Of a stretch of DNA of 64,000 nucleotides, positions 37,241 to 50,714 are shown in pieces (within the stretch, counting starts at the first letter, position 1; every line of letters begins with the position of its first letter). Position numbers and translations under genes: made by a program. This DNA is from Octopus sinensis (lineage: Eukaryota): contig NC_043001.1 in NCBI RefSeq assembly GCF_006345805.1, positions 82,088,001 to 82,152,000 on the forward strand. Direction: 5' to 3'. A model generated the notes under the pieces. That model was not told the origin of the DNA and searched no databases. It saw only the letters and a list, made by a program, of their open reading frames with translations.

Positions 37241-38105
37241 TATGTATGTGTAAATGTGTAAATATATATATGTTTAGATAAATATACATTTATAAGTATG
37301 TATATGTGTATATATGTTATTGATAACTATATATACGCGCATACACAGACATATAAAAAATATATATATACACACACATATATGTATGCATATGTATATA
37401 TGTTTATATAAATATATACTTATAAGTCTTGTATATGAGTATAAATATATGTAAGTTTATATATACATATACATATATTTGTTTATCTACACAAAAGCGT
37501 GCACACATATACACACATACACACATGCATATACATATGAGTACACGCGCATGCGGCCCAATTACGCATACATGCACAGAACCACGCACGTTAAAACTCA
37601 ACAACACCGTAACGGGTAATGGTACTCCAAGATGTTGATAAGTATTGATAGGGAGTTTTTACCACTATCAGTCACTAGTAATGACCACAACTGGGTCAAC
37701 ATCACTAGTGCCAATGATAAACAAAAGAACAATCTAATAATAGAAACTTGACTTTATTTACATCCACCTTTGCTATCGTTTCGAGTTCATCGGTCACGTT
37801 TCGTAGTTTAGCTATTAATACATATATAGATACAAATACATATATACATATGTATATACATATATACATAATACATACAGACACACATACATGCATATAC
37901 ATAACACGCACACACACATATATGTATATACATACAGACAGATACATACACACAGTTATACATACATGCATACATTACATACATGGAGACAATGCTTCAA
38001 ATAAACAGATAAAATATTGTGTTTAAATGTACAGAATATACATACGCGTACATATGTAAAAACAGAAGGGAGACTCAAAACTTTCAGATGATAAATTATC
38101 ATATA

Positions 38106-38149
<44 letters not shown>

Positions 38150-38324
38150 ATATATATAATTTTTCGTGAACAATCATTAAAACTCAAGATACACAAAGAA
38201 TTCACAATGTATCGGAGTACTTATTTTTTTAATTTTTGTACATATTTATGATTATTCTTTTGCAAAAAACAATGCAACTTTCTTTATTCCCCTTTCTCAC
38301 TTTAAAAATTTTTTTTTACCTAAC

Positions 38325-38366
38325 TATTCTTGATAAGTCACATTATGACGAAAACCGTTTTGAATA
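38325..38366 (+). ncRNA. Hammerhead-like motif with U3-A8 core variant
   Basis: TATTC TTGATAA GTCA catta TGAC GAAA A ccgt T T T GAATA: 5-bp stem I, 4-bp stem II, 2-bp stem III. Confidence 0.7.
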
Positions 38367-38500
38367 AATATATATTTATATATTTTATCAATTTCTCATT
38401 TCATTAGAATTTTCTTTCAATTTAGCATTCTGCATTTTTACAATTTTTCCTTGCTTATCATTTCTCCACGTGCGGTCAACACAACCCCACCATTTATTGA

Positions 38501-38551
<51 letters not shown>

Positions 38552-38630
38552 ATCTATATATATATATATATTCAGGATTAAATAGAAAGACAACAATCTG
38601 AAAATATGATATATATAATATATATATATG

Positions 38631-38911
38631 TAAAGGAATACAAAAAATGGGACAACAACGCAAAACATTCAATTAGATGATACAAAAAAAGGGATAACAA
38701 AACATCAATGCAGATGATACAAAAGAGGGGCAAGAAATAACAAGGACGGGTCATTCGGAGTTTTCAGTCGTATTACCAGCCAAAATTGCAAAGATAATCT
38801 GAAACTCCACTGAGAAAAGAAAACTCCGACTGACCCGTCCTTGTTTTTTCTTGTTCCTTTTTTGTATCATCTGTCTGGATGTTTTGCGTTCTTGTCCCAA
38901 TTTTTGTATTC

Positions 38912-38916
<5 letters not shown>
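38631..38916. repeat. Short fold-back repeat
   Basis: 38631-38765 vs 38819-38916 (acaaggacgggtca.tcggagttttc / gaaaactccgactgacccgtccttgt); the left arm has a ~40-nt internal duplication. Confidence 0.9.
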
Positions 38917-38951
<35 letters not shown>

Positions 38952-38979
38952 CGGCGTAGTACACTTTGGTCTCTCTCTG

Positions 38980-39019
<40 letters not shown>

Positions 39020-39035
39020 ACACACACACACACGC

Positions 39036-39088
<53 letters not shown>

Positions 39089-39119
39089 TATATATATATA
39101 TATTAGAGAGACAGAGACA

Positions 39120-39322
39120 GGCAGAAACAAGAGAAATGCCTCTTGTATTTGAATAGTATGGAAATATTTTTTAAAAAACTTTACATTTAATTTTTACACA
39201 ATTTAATTGTTTTTCATACTTTACTCTAAGTTGAAAAAGTCTCAATGGCTGAAACCGGTACTAAAGTGTTTTTCATAATAAAATTATTTTAGCATTTTTT
39301 ACCTTGTCTTATTTCCCTTTTA

Positions 39323-39330
<8 letters not shown>
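39120..39330 (+). mobile_element. ~210-bp TA-embedded module containing a U3-A8 HHR-like motif (39218-39267); inverted copy at ~61090-61290
   Basis: TTGAAAA AGTC tcaat GGCT GAAA C cg G TA; the copy at 61170-61219 has AGTC gcaat GACT. Confidence 0.75.
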
Positions 39331-39396
<66 letters not shown>

Positions 39397-40129
39397 ATAT
39401 ATAGTAACAAAACACGTGTAGTAAATAAACAAACGAACATATACTAAATACACAGGCGAACAGAAAGCACAGAAGTCACCAACTCCTCATTAGTTATCGA
39501 CCAGAGAGAGGGAAAATAATTTCAGCGATTATCAATAAGATTGCTTCCACTTGGAGGGAGGAACCGTTTCATGCCGGGAATGGGACCAAAACAACGAAAC
39601 AAGACCGTTAGTGGACGGTCGAGGGACACGACAATAAACAGAATAAAGGCTTAGGACCGGACGAAGACAACGTTTAATAAAAAAAATAATAATACGTTGA
39701 CAAAAAAAGAAAAAAAAAGCCTTAGGGCTGCAAGACAGACAAAAGTGGGTTACGTGAAAGAGAAATGAAAACTGTCCTAAAGGATTATAGACAGCGAGCA
39801 AACTTACTCAAATTGCACACACTCAGAGAATTGGAGGGGAGAAGATGTTACAAGTCGAACAGCTGTTTCTGAGGGCTCGGAGTTACTTCATATTGTTTGC
39901 AGCCGTTAATGGAAGCAAACATTAGTAAACTCCTGGGCCTCTTCATCAAGATGGACAGGGCAAGTGTTTAACGTAACAGATCAGTATGCAGGGAAATTTC
40001 TGCTCACATGGATTCCCCTTGTAGCTACTCTTTATCCTGCTGACTTGCTTCGGTAACAATATCGGAGTAAGTGTATATATATATATATATATTATATTAT
40101 ATATATATATATATATATAATATATAATA

Positions 40130-40516
40130 CTAGCAGTATCGCCCGGCGTTGCTCAGGCTTGTAAGGGAAATAACTATAAAGCATTTTTAGAGAGTTATAG
40201 CCAAAAAATAGCCAAAAAATGGAAAAAAATGATGGTAAATTTTTTTTGAGAGTTAAAAAAGGTGGAGTTGCGTCCCCTAGACAGTTTGCAGTTTGTGTTT
40301 CTGATTCTCGACCCCATGTCGAATTTATCGATCTTTTTCAGAACTGGGGGAACTTTACAAAATTTTCGCTGCGTTAGTTTTGAATTATGACATTGGGCTA
40401 TGTGTGTGTCAAGTTTCATCAGAATCGGTTGAAAGCCGTGGTCAGGGTGAGGGTACAAGCAAAACAGACACACAGAAACACCACAGACAAACTGCCGTTT
40501 ATAATATATATATAGA
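40130..40516 (-). mobile_element. Non-autonomous Helitron
   Basis: Minus strand starts with TC (40516-40515) and ends CTAG (40133-40130), preceded by the GC-rich subterminal hairpin cctgagcaacgccgggc; A/T flanks. Confidence 0.85.
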
Positions 40517-40525
40517 TATATATAT

Positions 40526-40561
<36 letters not shown>

Positions 40562-40595
40562 CATGTTTGTGTGCGCGCCGCGAGTATACATACAT

Positions 40596-40640
<45 letters not shown>

Positions 40641-40701
40641 CATACATGTATATGTGTATATATATATATATAACATACATAATATATATCTATACATATT
40701 A

Positions 40702-40743
<42 letters not shown>

Positions 40744-40785
40744 ATGTATGTATATGTATAACACATACATACATACATACATACA

Positions 40786-40816
<31 letters not shown>

Positions 40817-40859
40817 CATACATAATACAATGCGGTGGACGAAAACGGCCTGGAACAGG

Positions 40860-41116
40860 ATAACGAAAAAGAGAATACCTACAAACGGAGTTAACCATAT
40901 TTAGACCGATGGGTCAAAGGAATATTGGCGCAAACACAACAGGCCAGATATGGTTGCGTGCGATTACAGAGAAAAGAATCGTTCCCTTTCGGAAATCAGT
41001 TGCCCTCTGGACACGAATATGGTTAGAAAAATACAAGAGAGAGAGGACATCTATGGACCATTCATAAGGAGTTTGCGGAGCCTGTGCTCAAGATACACTT
41101 TCAACTTCATGCATAT
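40860..41116 (+). mobile_element. RLE (PD-(D/E)xK) fragment of a non-LTR retrotransposon
   Basis: KHNRPDMVACDYREKNRSLSEISCPLDTNMVRKIQEREDIYGPF matches the RPD...E..CP.D.N...K..E pattern; interrupted by (TTC)n at 41117. Confidence 0.75.
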
Positions 41117-41286
41117 TCTTCTTCTTCTTCTTCTTCTTCTTCTTCTTCTTCTTCTTCTTCTTCTTCTTCTTCTTCTTCTTCTTCTTCTTCTTCTTCTTCT
41201 TCTTCTTCTTCTTCTTCTTCTTCTTCTTCTTCTTCTCTTCGTCTTCTTCTTCTTCTTCTTCTTCTTATTATTATTATTATTATTAA

Positions 41287-41845
41287 TTGAGTGAGAGAGC
41301 AGTTCATGCCATCAAAGTGACACTGGGGTAAAATATACGAAGCCCAATATACCCATCATGACTACCCGTCTGATAAAGGTACACCAGGCACATGCTCACA
41401 AACCATATGTGCGCGACATGGTGATCTCATATCATGATTAAACAGCACATGACCTTGCAGGTGGGCCCGCCCGTTAGAATTTTCTTTCAGGTTGAGTAGC
41501 CCATCCCGCTCAAAAGGTCCTGAATAAGGGTTGTTTAGGATGTTGAAAGAACCACCCATGTTTCCAGAGGTGAATTATTCAAACCCCAAAGACTCCCTCT
41601 CAACACATGGCTATGATGCTCCCCCACTACTTCCGCTCGTGATCAGAGATGCACATATTGTCAGCCACTAAGGGACATGCTCACACTGGTTAAGGTCAAA
41701 CAACTGACAAGCAAATCTGTGGTATTGAGAAGAATATTTTCTGTAGCCCATCTTTTATACCAAGACCAAAACAATGTACATGATAACACTTCCAATCAGT
41801 TAAGATCAGAAGCCATGAGAGCCACTGCCTGGTACTGCATCAGGC

Positions 41846-41879
<34 letters not shown>

Positions 41880-42255
41880 TTATTATTATTATTATTGAGT
41901 GAGAGAGCAGTGCATGCCATCAAAGTGACACTGGGGTAAAATATACGAAGCCCAGTATACCCATCATGACTACCCGTCTGATAAGGGTACACCAGGCACA
42001 TGCATCACAACCATATATGCGTGACATGGTGATCTCATAACAAGATAAACAGCGCATGACCTTGCGGGTGGGGCCCAGTTAGAATTTTCTTCTGGTCGGG
42101 TAACCCATCCCACTCGAAAGGTCCCTGATTAAGGGTTGTTTAAGGATGTTGAATGAAACACCCATGTTTCCAGAAGTGAATCATTCAAACCCCAAAGAAT
42201 CCCTCTCAACACATGGCTATGATGCTCCCCCACCATGGCTATGATGCCCCCCCAC
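41287..42255 (-). mobile_element. Two head-to-tail copies of repeat family E in (TAA)n tracts
   Basis: 41287-41848 and 41895-42255 share gagtgagagagcag..catgccatcaaagtgacactggggtaaaatatacg...; both end in (TAA)n on the minus strand. Confidence 0.9.
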
Positions 42256-42276
42256 TTATTATTATTATTATTATTA

Positions 42277-42318
<42 letters not shown>

Positions 42319-42320
42319 GG

Positions 42321-42720
42321 AAAGGCGGCGAGCTGGCAGAATCGTTAGCACGCTGGACGAAATGTTTAGCAGTATTTGCACCTGTCGCTCCGATCTGAGG
42401 TTAAATTCCGCCGAGGTGGACTTTGCCTTTCATCCTTTCGGGGTCGATTAAATAAGTACCAGCTACCCTCTGGAGTCGGTGTAATGGACGTAATCCCTTC
42501 CATTATTGGACAGCCGGCGAGCTGCCAGAATCGTTAGTACGCTGGACGAAATGCTTAGCGTCGTTCTGATCTGAGTTCAAATTCCGCCGTGGTCGACTTT
42601 ACCTTTGATCCTTTTGCGGTTGATAATATAAGTACCATTTCAACACAAGGGCTGATGTAATCGACTCATCCTCTCCTCTAAAATGGCTGCCCTTGTGGCA
42701 AAAATTGAAACCATTATTAT
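42321..42720 (+). mobile_element. Two family A SINEs in tandem
   Basis: Heads at 42321 and ~42512. Confidence 0.9.
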
Positions 42721-42799
42721 TATTAGTATCGGAGCACAGGATACACACCAACCAGTCTAGAACAAACTATGGCTGAACTTGGGATTTTGGCGAGAGAAT

Positions 42800-43040
42800 G
42801 AATGAATCGACCTCAGGTCTTTTTTAAAGACTGGTATTTATTCTATCACTCTCTGTTGCTGAAACGCAAAGTTACGGGGACGCAAGCACACCAACACCGG
42901 TTGTTAAGCGGTGGTGATGGGAAGGTGGTAAATAGGCACATAGACACACACACATAGATATATATTCATAAATGCATGTATATATATACATACATACATA
43001 CATACATATAATATATAATATATATATATATATATATATT

Positions 43041-43102
<62 letters not shown>

Positions 43103-43245
43103 TATATATATTTATATATATATATACGACGGACGGCTTTGGTCAGCCCGAGGCTATAGTAGAAGACACTTGCCGAGATACCACACGGTAGGAGTGAACC
43201 CGGAACCATGTGGTTGGGAAACAAGCTTCTTACCACACAGCTACG
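42800..43245 (-). mobile_element. Family B SINE with internal (TA)n
   Basis: Reverse complement of the body (42830-42915) and head (43135-43245). Confidence 0.8.
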
Positions 43246-43889
43246 CCTGTGCCTTTATAAATATTTGTGTATTTGTGTTCAGACATATACATAATACAGA
43301 GCATTTAGATCATTTAATATTTTCACAGCATTATCACCTGACCGAAAACTGGGTCTTTCGACTGACATACACCAACATCTAATATTCTCCACAACGTCAT
43401 ATCACATGCTATTGTTGCTTAACCCTTAATCTGCCTCGTTGAATCAGGTTTATACTCAACGACATTCCACCCATAACCATCCCGCCTTTTTATATATCAA
43501 GGATTACATTATCCAATATGTTCTTCATTTTTCTCTTTTTAATATAGCTGTAATGTGTGTGACTTGAAGGAGTTTGGTTGCTATTTCTAATGTATCAATT
43601 GAATGACCACTTAGAGATACCTCTGATGCCCTGGCAAAAAATATTACTTTGCTAAGTAGGGGTTCCTGTTATCCCCTAATTAGAAATGTCAATATGTTAT
43701 GCTTACTCAGCGTGATACAGCATTTCGCCGCTAGATGTCCTAGTTGAAACAGTTTAGCCAATCAGCTGTTTCTCCTTTCAGAGCTGTTTTTCACTCATTC
43801 TGGTAGCTATGGTTACTACACTGGTCTGCAATCAATATCTCTCCTTGAAAGCTACAACCTATCACTAAACCCGCTTGATTTTGTAGGCA

Positions 43890-45230
43890 TAGAGAAGGAA
43901 TGTAAGGTAGAGAGGGAGAGAGAGGGGAGGAAAAGAGAGAGACGAGAGAAAGAGGGAGAGATGGAGAGAGAGAGAGAGAGAAGGAAAGAGGAAGAGAGAA
44001 GGAGGGGGGGAGAAATGGAAAAAAGCGAAACAGAGAGAGGAAAGCGGTAGAGAGAGGGAGAGAGATAGAGAGGGGAGAGAAAGAGGAGGAGGAAAGAGGG
44101 AGAGAGGGAGAGAAAGAGGGAGAAGGAAAGAGGAAGAGGGAGAGAGAGGGAGAGAGAAAAAGAGGAAGCGAGACAGAGAGAAAAGAAGAGAGAGAGGGAA
44201 AGAGAGCGAGAGAGAGAGGAGAGTGGGGGAGAAAGAGTGTGAGAGAAAGAGGGAGAGAAAGGGAGAGAAAAAAGGAGAAAGCGAGACAGAGAGGAGAGAA
44301 AGAGGGCAAGAGAAAGAGGGAGAGAAAGAGGGAGAGAGGGAGAGAGAGAAAAAGAGAAACGAGAGAGAGAGGAGCGGGTGAGAGGGGAGAGAAAGAGGGA
44401 GAGATGGAAAGAGAGGGAGAAGGAAAGAAGAAGAGGGAGAGAGAGGGGGAGAGAGAAAAGAAGAAAGCGAGATAGAGCTAAAGGGAAAGGAAAAGATTAG
44501 GAGGAGAGGGAGAGCGAGAGAGCGAGAGAGGGAGAGGGAAAGATGGGAAGAGAGAAGGAGAGAGAGGGAAAAATAAAAAGAGAAGGAAAATTAAAGAGAA
44601 AGGGAAATTAAAGAGAGAGGGAGGGAGGGAGGGAGAGGGGAGAGGAAGAGGGTGAGATTGAGAGACATAGTTAGAGAGAAAGAGAGGGAGTGAGAGCAAG
44701 AAAGAGAATACGAGAGAGAGAGCGGGAGAGAGAGAGCAAGAGAGACGGAGTGAGAGAACGAGGGCGAGAGAGTTAGAGGGAAAGATGGAAAGAGTGAGAG
44801 GTGAGAAATAGAGAGAGGGGGAGAAATAGAGAGAGAGGAGAGATATAAGAAAGGGAGAGAGAGTGTGCTAGAGAGAAGGAAAGAAGGAGGAGAGACAGGG
44901 CAGAGAGAGAGAGAGAGAAGGAGAGAGAGGGGAAGGAGAAAGGGAGAGTGGGAGAGAGGAGAGACCGAGAGAGAAAGAGTGGAAGAGCTGGAGAGAGGTA
45001 AGATCGAGTGAGAGAGAGTGAGAGGGAGAGAGGGAAAGAGGGAAAGAGATGGAGAGAGAGAGGGAGAGAGGGAAAGAGAGTGAGAGAGAGTGAGAGAGAG
45101 AGTGAGAGAGGGAAAGAGAGGGAGAGAGAGTGAAAGAGAGAGTGAGACAGAGAGAGGGAAAGAGGGAAAGAGAGTGAGGGAGAGAGAGTAAGAGAGTGAG
45201 AAAGTGGATGAAAGAGAGGAAAGAATAAGA
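43890..45230 (+). repeat. ~1.3 kb polypurine (GA-rich) low-complexity tract
   Basis: Almost exclusively G/A on the + strand. Confidence 0.97.
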
Positions 45231-45379
45231 TTGAGGATGAGGTATTGTACACGAATACAGCAACAGCAACAACAACAACAACTGCATCACTACAATAAAG
45301 GCTGCAACAAGACTAAGAACTATAAAAGGAGCAGGAACAGTTGCAATAACAACTAGTGTTGATCAACAATAACAACGAC

Positions 45380-45415
45380 TACTTCTGCTGCTGCTGCTGC
45401 CACTATTACTACCCT

Positions 45416-45453
<38 letters not shown>

Positions 45454-45566
45454 TTACTGTTGCTACTACAACTACTACTACTACTAATGGTGGTGGTGGT
45501 AGTGGTGGTACTACAACAACTATTACTATTGCTGTTGCTGCTGCTGTTTCTACTACTACTACTCTG

Positions 45567-45615
<49 letters not shown>

Positions 45616-45710
45616 AACTGCTACTACTAATGGTGGTGGTGGTGGTAGTACTACAACTATTACTATTGCTGTTGCTGCTGCTGTTTCTACTACTACTACT
45701 ACTGCTGCTG

Positions 45711-45760
<50 letters not shown>

Positions 45761-45779
45761 GCTGCTGCTGCAGTTGCTG

Positions 45780-45811
<32 letters not shown>

Positions 45812-45830
45812 GATGCTGCTACTGATGCTG

Positions 45831-45879
<49 letters not shown>

Positions 45880-45887
45880 AGTTGCTG

Positions 45888-45925
<38 letters not shown>

Positions 45926-46090
45926 GCTGCTGCAGTTGCTGCTACTACTACTACTATACTACTACTACTACTACTACTACTGGTGGTGGTAGTACTACAA
46001 CAACTACTATTACAATATGGGGCTGATAGGGGGTGTGATGGTGGTTGTGCTGCTGCTGCTGCTACTACTACTGCTACTACTACATAGTTA
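45380..46090. repeat. (CTA/CTG/GGT)n compound microsatellite
   Basis: Directly visible. Confidence 0.97.
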
Positions 46091-46219
46091 CGATAAAGGC
46101 TGCAACAACAATCTACAGCAATCGCAAAGGCAATATCATCACAAATATCTTCGTCGTCACTGGCAAGCGAGTTTCAGCTGATAGCTTGTACCACGACTTC
46201 TTTATTTGATTAAGGTACC

Positions 46220-46513
46220 TGCGTGGTGGCATCAAAAGTTTGTCGGATTAGTAATGTTTAATCCAATTTTAACTCAAAGTTTCAAGTTGGCTCTTTGTTC
46301 CAACTTCCTGTCCGTGACCAAAATTGCTGACTACAGCTTACACGTGATAACAAAAACACAAATTTCACAACTTGTGAAGTAAACACAGTGATATCACTCG
46401 GCACACTGCCTCATGAAGATCACAAGCGAGCTCTGAATGCGCACGCCACCATGTGCTGGCATTTGTTGGCGTGCTACAGAAATAATCCCGGAACTTTTTG
46501 ATACCACCTCGTA
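46220..46513 (-). mobile_element. Internally deleted mariner-like element
   Basis: TIR-like ends tgcgtggtggcatcaaaagtttgtcggatta and (revcomp) tacgaggtggtatcaaaaagttccgggatta; minus strand encodes DRKLEQRANLKL*VKIG, like the mariner transposase N-terminus. Confidence 0.75.
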
Positions 46514-46568
46514 TGTATACATATGCACAAACACACACGCACTCACACGCATACACACACATATATAT

Positions 46569-46620
<52 letters not shown>

Positions 46621-46623
<3 letters not shown>

Positions 46624-46903
46624 ATTGCAGCGTGGAAGGGTTTATAAGCCATTTAAGAAACACACAAAAGCCGTTCGATTCACTCCAACATTTAAGTTTA
46701 ATTTGTCAAAATATTTTCGTCGCTAAAATCCGCGACCTGTTCACTGACAAAGTCCGTGATACAGCACGGACTTTGTCAGTGAACAGGTCGCAGATTTTAG
46801 CGACGAAAATATTTTGACAAATTAAACTTAAATGTTGGAGTGAATCGAACGGCTTTTCTGTGTTTCTTAAATGGCTTATAAACACCTTCCACGCTGCAAT
46901 TGT
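46621..46903. repeat. Near-perfect 283-bp palindrome (6-nt loop at 46759-46764)
   Basis: Arms of ~138 bp with only a few mismatches seen. Confidence 0.97.
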
Positions 46904-46961
46904 TTTCGTTTCAGCACACGATCTCAGATCAAATTACTTGCTATGCGAGTACATCTCCTAA

Positions 46962-47022
<61 letters not shown>

Positions 47023-47136
47023 TATATATATATATAACTATATAATATATAATGAGAAATGACCCTTTTCATGCTGAATTCTACTTAGTGAAGATTGATT
47101 ACTAGTTAATCAATTTTACTCTTTGTTATTATTGAA

Positions 47137-47214
<78 letters not shown>

Positions 47215-47384
47215 TATGTATATATGTGTGTGTGTGTGTATACATGCATCTCAACCACATGGTTCCAGGTGCAGTCCCACTGTAATATCACATCGGAAAG
47301 TGTATTCTACTATGGCTCCGGACAAAAATCCTTGTCAGTGGAGTTGAAAGACGGAGACTGAAAGAAGTCCTCAATGTGTGTATC

Positions 47385-47419
<35 letters not shown>

Positions 47420-48437
47420 GCGTGTGACGATTGCGAGATCGTAGTTTCACTTTCAATTACTCTGTGTCACAAAGCTTTCATTTATTTTTGTTTTTTCTTT
47501 GGTCAGTAAGAGCTATTTCCTATTTGCTTCTGTCTAGAAGCCCAAGGAAATGACTTCTATTCCCTTCAAACTTTTGCTTTTGTGATCTGGACCTCAATGT
47601 TTTGAAACTGACCAATTTTCCATTACATTTCAGATAGATTCAACGCTGAGTTGCTGAAACAGAAATATCTTTATGGCTAATATTCTGCTCAGTACCACAG
47701 ATTTGCTTGTTGCCTTTGATCAGCAAGTGTTTGCTTCTATCTAGAAATCAAAGGAAGTAACTACTATTCCATTCAAACTTTTGCTTTTGTGATCTGGACT
47801 ACTTCCCATTACATTTCAATGTTTTGAAAATGACCTACTATCCATTACACTTCAGATATATTCAACGCCGAAATGCTGAAGCAGAAATATTGTTATAGCA
47901 AATATTCTACCCAGTAACACAGATTTTCTTGTCTGTTGGTTGACCTGAAGCACATGAACATGTGCCTTAGTGGTTAACTATATTCGCTACTCATGAGAAA
48001 GAGTAGTAGGGGAGCATCATAGCCGCGTGTTGAGAGGGATTCTTTGGGGATTGAGCGAATGTGACAAAAGCAAAGTTTGAAGGAAATATTAGTCAATTCT
48101 TATATATTTTCTAGTGGTAAGCAAATAGGAAATAACAGTTGTTACCCAAGAACAACAATCGTGTTACGCTGTGCTGTTTCTTTAGCAACTTACTGTATTG
48201 CGTTGCAGTATTTTGGGATGTTCAGTTATTACTTTCTGCTATTTTGAGATATTGGAATTTTTCACGATTCCTGTGTGGAAGCCATAAATGTTATCTTGTA
48301 TCCACAAAATACAATGAAATAGATTCAGGTGAGATTTAGACTTAGAGATCCTAATACAATTGAAATTCTTCACTTTCTGACAGTAAATACCCAATTTTTG
48401 CATACTTTTCTACTTTCTGCTTTCTTAGACAAAGCAA

Positions 48438-48473
<36 letters not shown>

Positions 48474-49436
48474 TATCTTTTTCTTTTATTAGCTCCAGGA
48501 ATTGCACTGCGGCAGTAGAAGACACTTGCCCAACGTCCTCCGTAGCGGGACTGAACCTGGAACCATGTAGTTGGAATGCACCACACACACACACACACAT
48601 ACACGCGCGCGCGCGCACACAAACACACACACACACACACGTTTATTGAGATTTAGCAGAATTAATAGAGCGACTCATGGTCCAAGTGTTTCGTGCATTG
48701 GCAGTAATCAAACTAATTCTATAAGTGCCAACGCACGAAACTCTCGGACCTTGAGTCACTCTGTTGCGTCTGCTAAGTATTAAAAAAACTATACATATAC
48801 TCATATTTTGAGTTCTACTTTACCTGTTTACAATCAACACACTTATATGTGTGTGTGTGTGAGTAGGCGTGTATGTATATATATGTATGTATCTGACGAA
48901 AGAGAAACCCGATCTTAATCCCATTTAAAATAATTGCCGTTATAATACTTTATAGTAACAATTGAAATGATAGTGATAATGACGATGATGAAAGCTATAT
49001 TGATGGATATGTTGATGATAATGATGTTGATGCTACTGCTGCAGCTGATGATGATGTCGAGGACGACGACGACGACGACGACAATAGAAGCGATGACGAT
49101 AACGATGAGGATGATGATCAGAAGTATGGGAATGGTATAAAATGATAACGCTAGATAATGCAGTATCATTGAAAGAAATCATCTGAAAAAGCAAAAAAAA
49201 AAAGCAAACAAAACAAAATAAAACAAAAAACCCGACAGGTTTTAGGAATTTATTAGAGAACCTGCGAAAGAAAAAAACTAAAATTGAGATAAAGAATCAA
49301 TTAGATTCAAATGAGAATACGAGAATATAACTGATTGTACTCATGATAAGAACAATGGAAGAACTATAGTATTGGAGAGAATGAAATGTAGACTTGAAGA
49401 CATGATTACGGAAAGGTACCAATGCAGTGTGCGATC

Positions 49437-49642
49437 TACGAGGGAGTGCTAAAATGTACCTGGCTTTGGGTAAAAGAAAATACAGAAGAATAGGTTAATT
49501 GTGATTTTATTCAACATATCCTCCTTCCAGATTCATACACTTATTGTAGAGGTTCTTCAGGTTTTCTAAGCCCTGTAACAGAACTCAGAACAAGGCCTTT
49601 CCTCATACCCTTAAAGCCAGGAACTTTTCAGCACCTCCCCTA
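49437..49642 (-). mobile_element. Internally deleted mariner-like element
   Basis: TA-flanked TIRs cgagggagtgctaaaatgtacctggcttt / aaagccaggaacttttcagcacctcccc; minus strand encodes LQGLENLKNLYNKCMNLEGGYVE*, like the mariner transposase C-terminus. Confidence 0.8.
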
Positions 49643-49788
49643 GAATATCCTTTTGAGTGTACCTTTATGTATATGTATGTATGTACACACACACACGCAT
49701 TCAGGTACACGCGTACACACATGTATGCACACACACATTTTATTTCTCTCTCTATCTCTCTATCTATCTATCTATCTGCCTGCCTATG

Positions 49789-49850
<62 letters not shown>

Positions 49851-49949
49851 TCTATCTATCATCTATCTATCTATCTATCTATCTAGTAGTAAGTCTCCAG
49901 CGTTAGAAACTATGCAAAGACAATAGAATAATAATAACAATAATAATAT

Positions 49950-50272
49950 TACTCCTTTGGAACTTTACTGTTCAAACTGACAGAAAGATAGATGCAAATA
50001 AGTCAAACATTATACTGAAGGATTTCAGACAAAAATCATGCCTTCTCATCGATATGACTGTCTCAATCAACATAAATGTATCTGTCATGACCTACCGAAA
50101 ATACTGAGCAAGTATAAAGATCTTGAAATAGAAGTTGGCTAATTGTGGAACCTCAAGATTAAAACAATACCTGTTGTCATAGTCACAATACCAACTTGAA
50201 CTTCGAACTTGTCACTTGAGGTTTGCGGGTGAGATTTGGAGTCATCTTGTACAAATACAAAGCAAAAGCCAA

Positions 50273-50323
<51 letters not shown>

Positions 50324-50714
50324 TAATAATAATGATAATAATGATAATAATAATAATAATAATGATGATAATAAACTAAAACAATACCTGTTGTCATAGG
50401 TGCCCTGGGAATGATAGCGAAAGGGGCTGATTGCTACGTAACTCAGATACCAGGAAACCCCAAAATGGCAGAAATTCAAGAGGTAGTGCTCATGGGAACT
50501 GCTCATATCCTACGCAAAATACTTTCTATGTAATCTCAGGGTTTAAAACAAACATAATTTCCGTTTTTTTTGGGACATTCACTAGTACAACCCCCCCCAA
50601 ATATATGGCACACTAGGCATAACAACAACATGAACTTCCAGCCTGTTGTCTCTTGAGGCCTCTGGGTGAGACTTGGAGCCAACTTGTACAAATATAAAGC
50701 AAAAGTCAAACATA

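Noticed and set aside
37785-37812. Minus-strand CCGATGA-ACTC-GAAAC motif
   Set aside because: U4 is substituted and there is no stem II.
41760-41848. U2 snRNA-like sequence at one end of family E
   Set aside because: Only superficial resemblance; no branch-point recognition sequence or Sm-site match.
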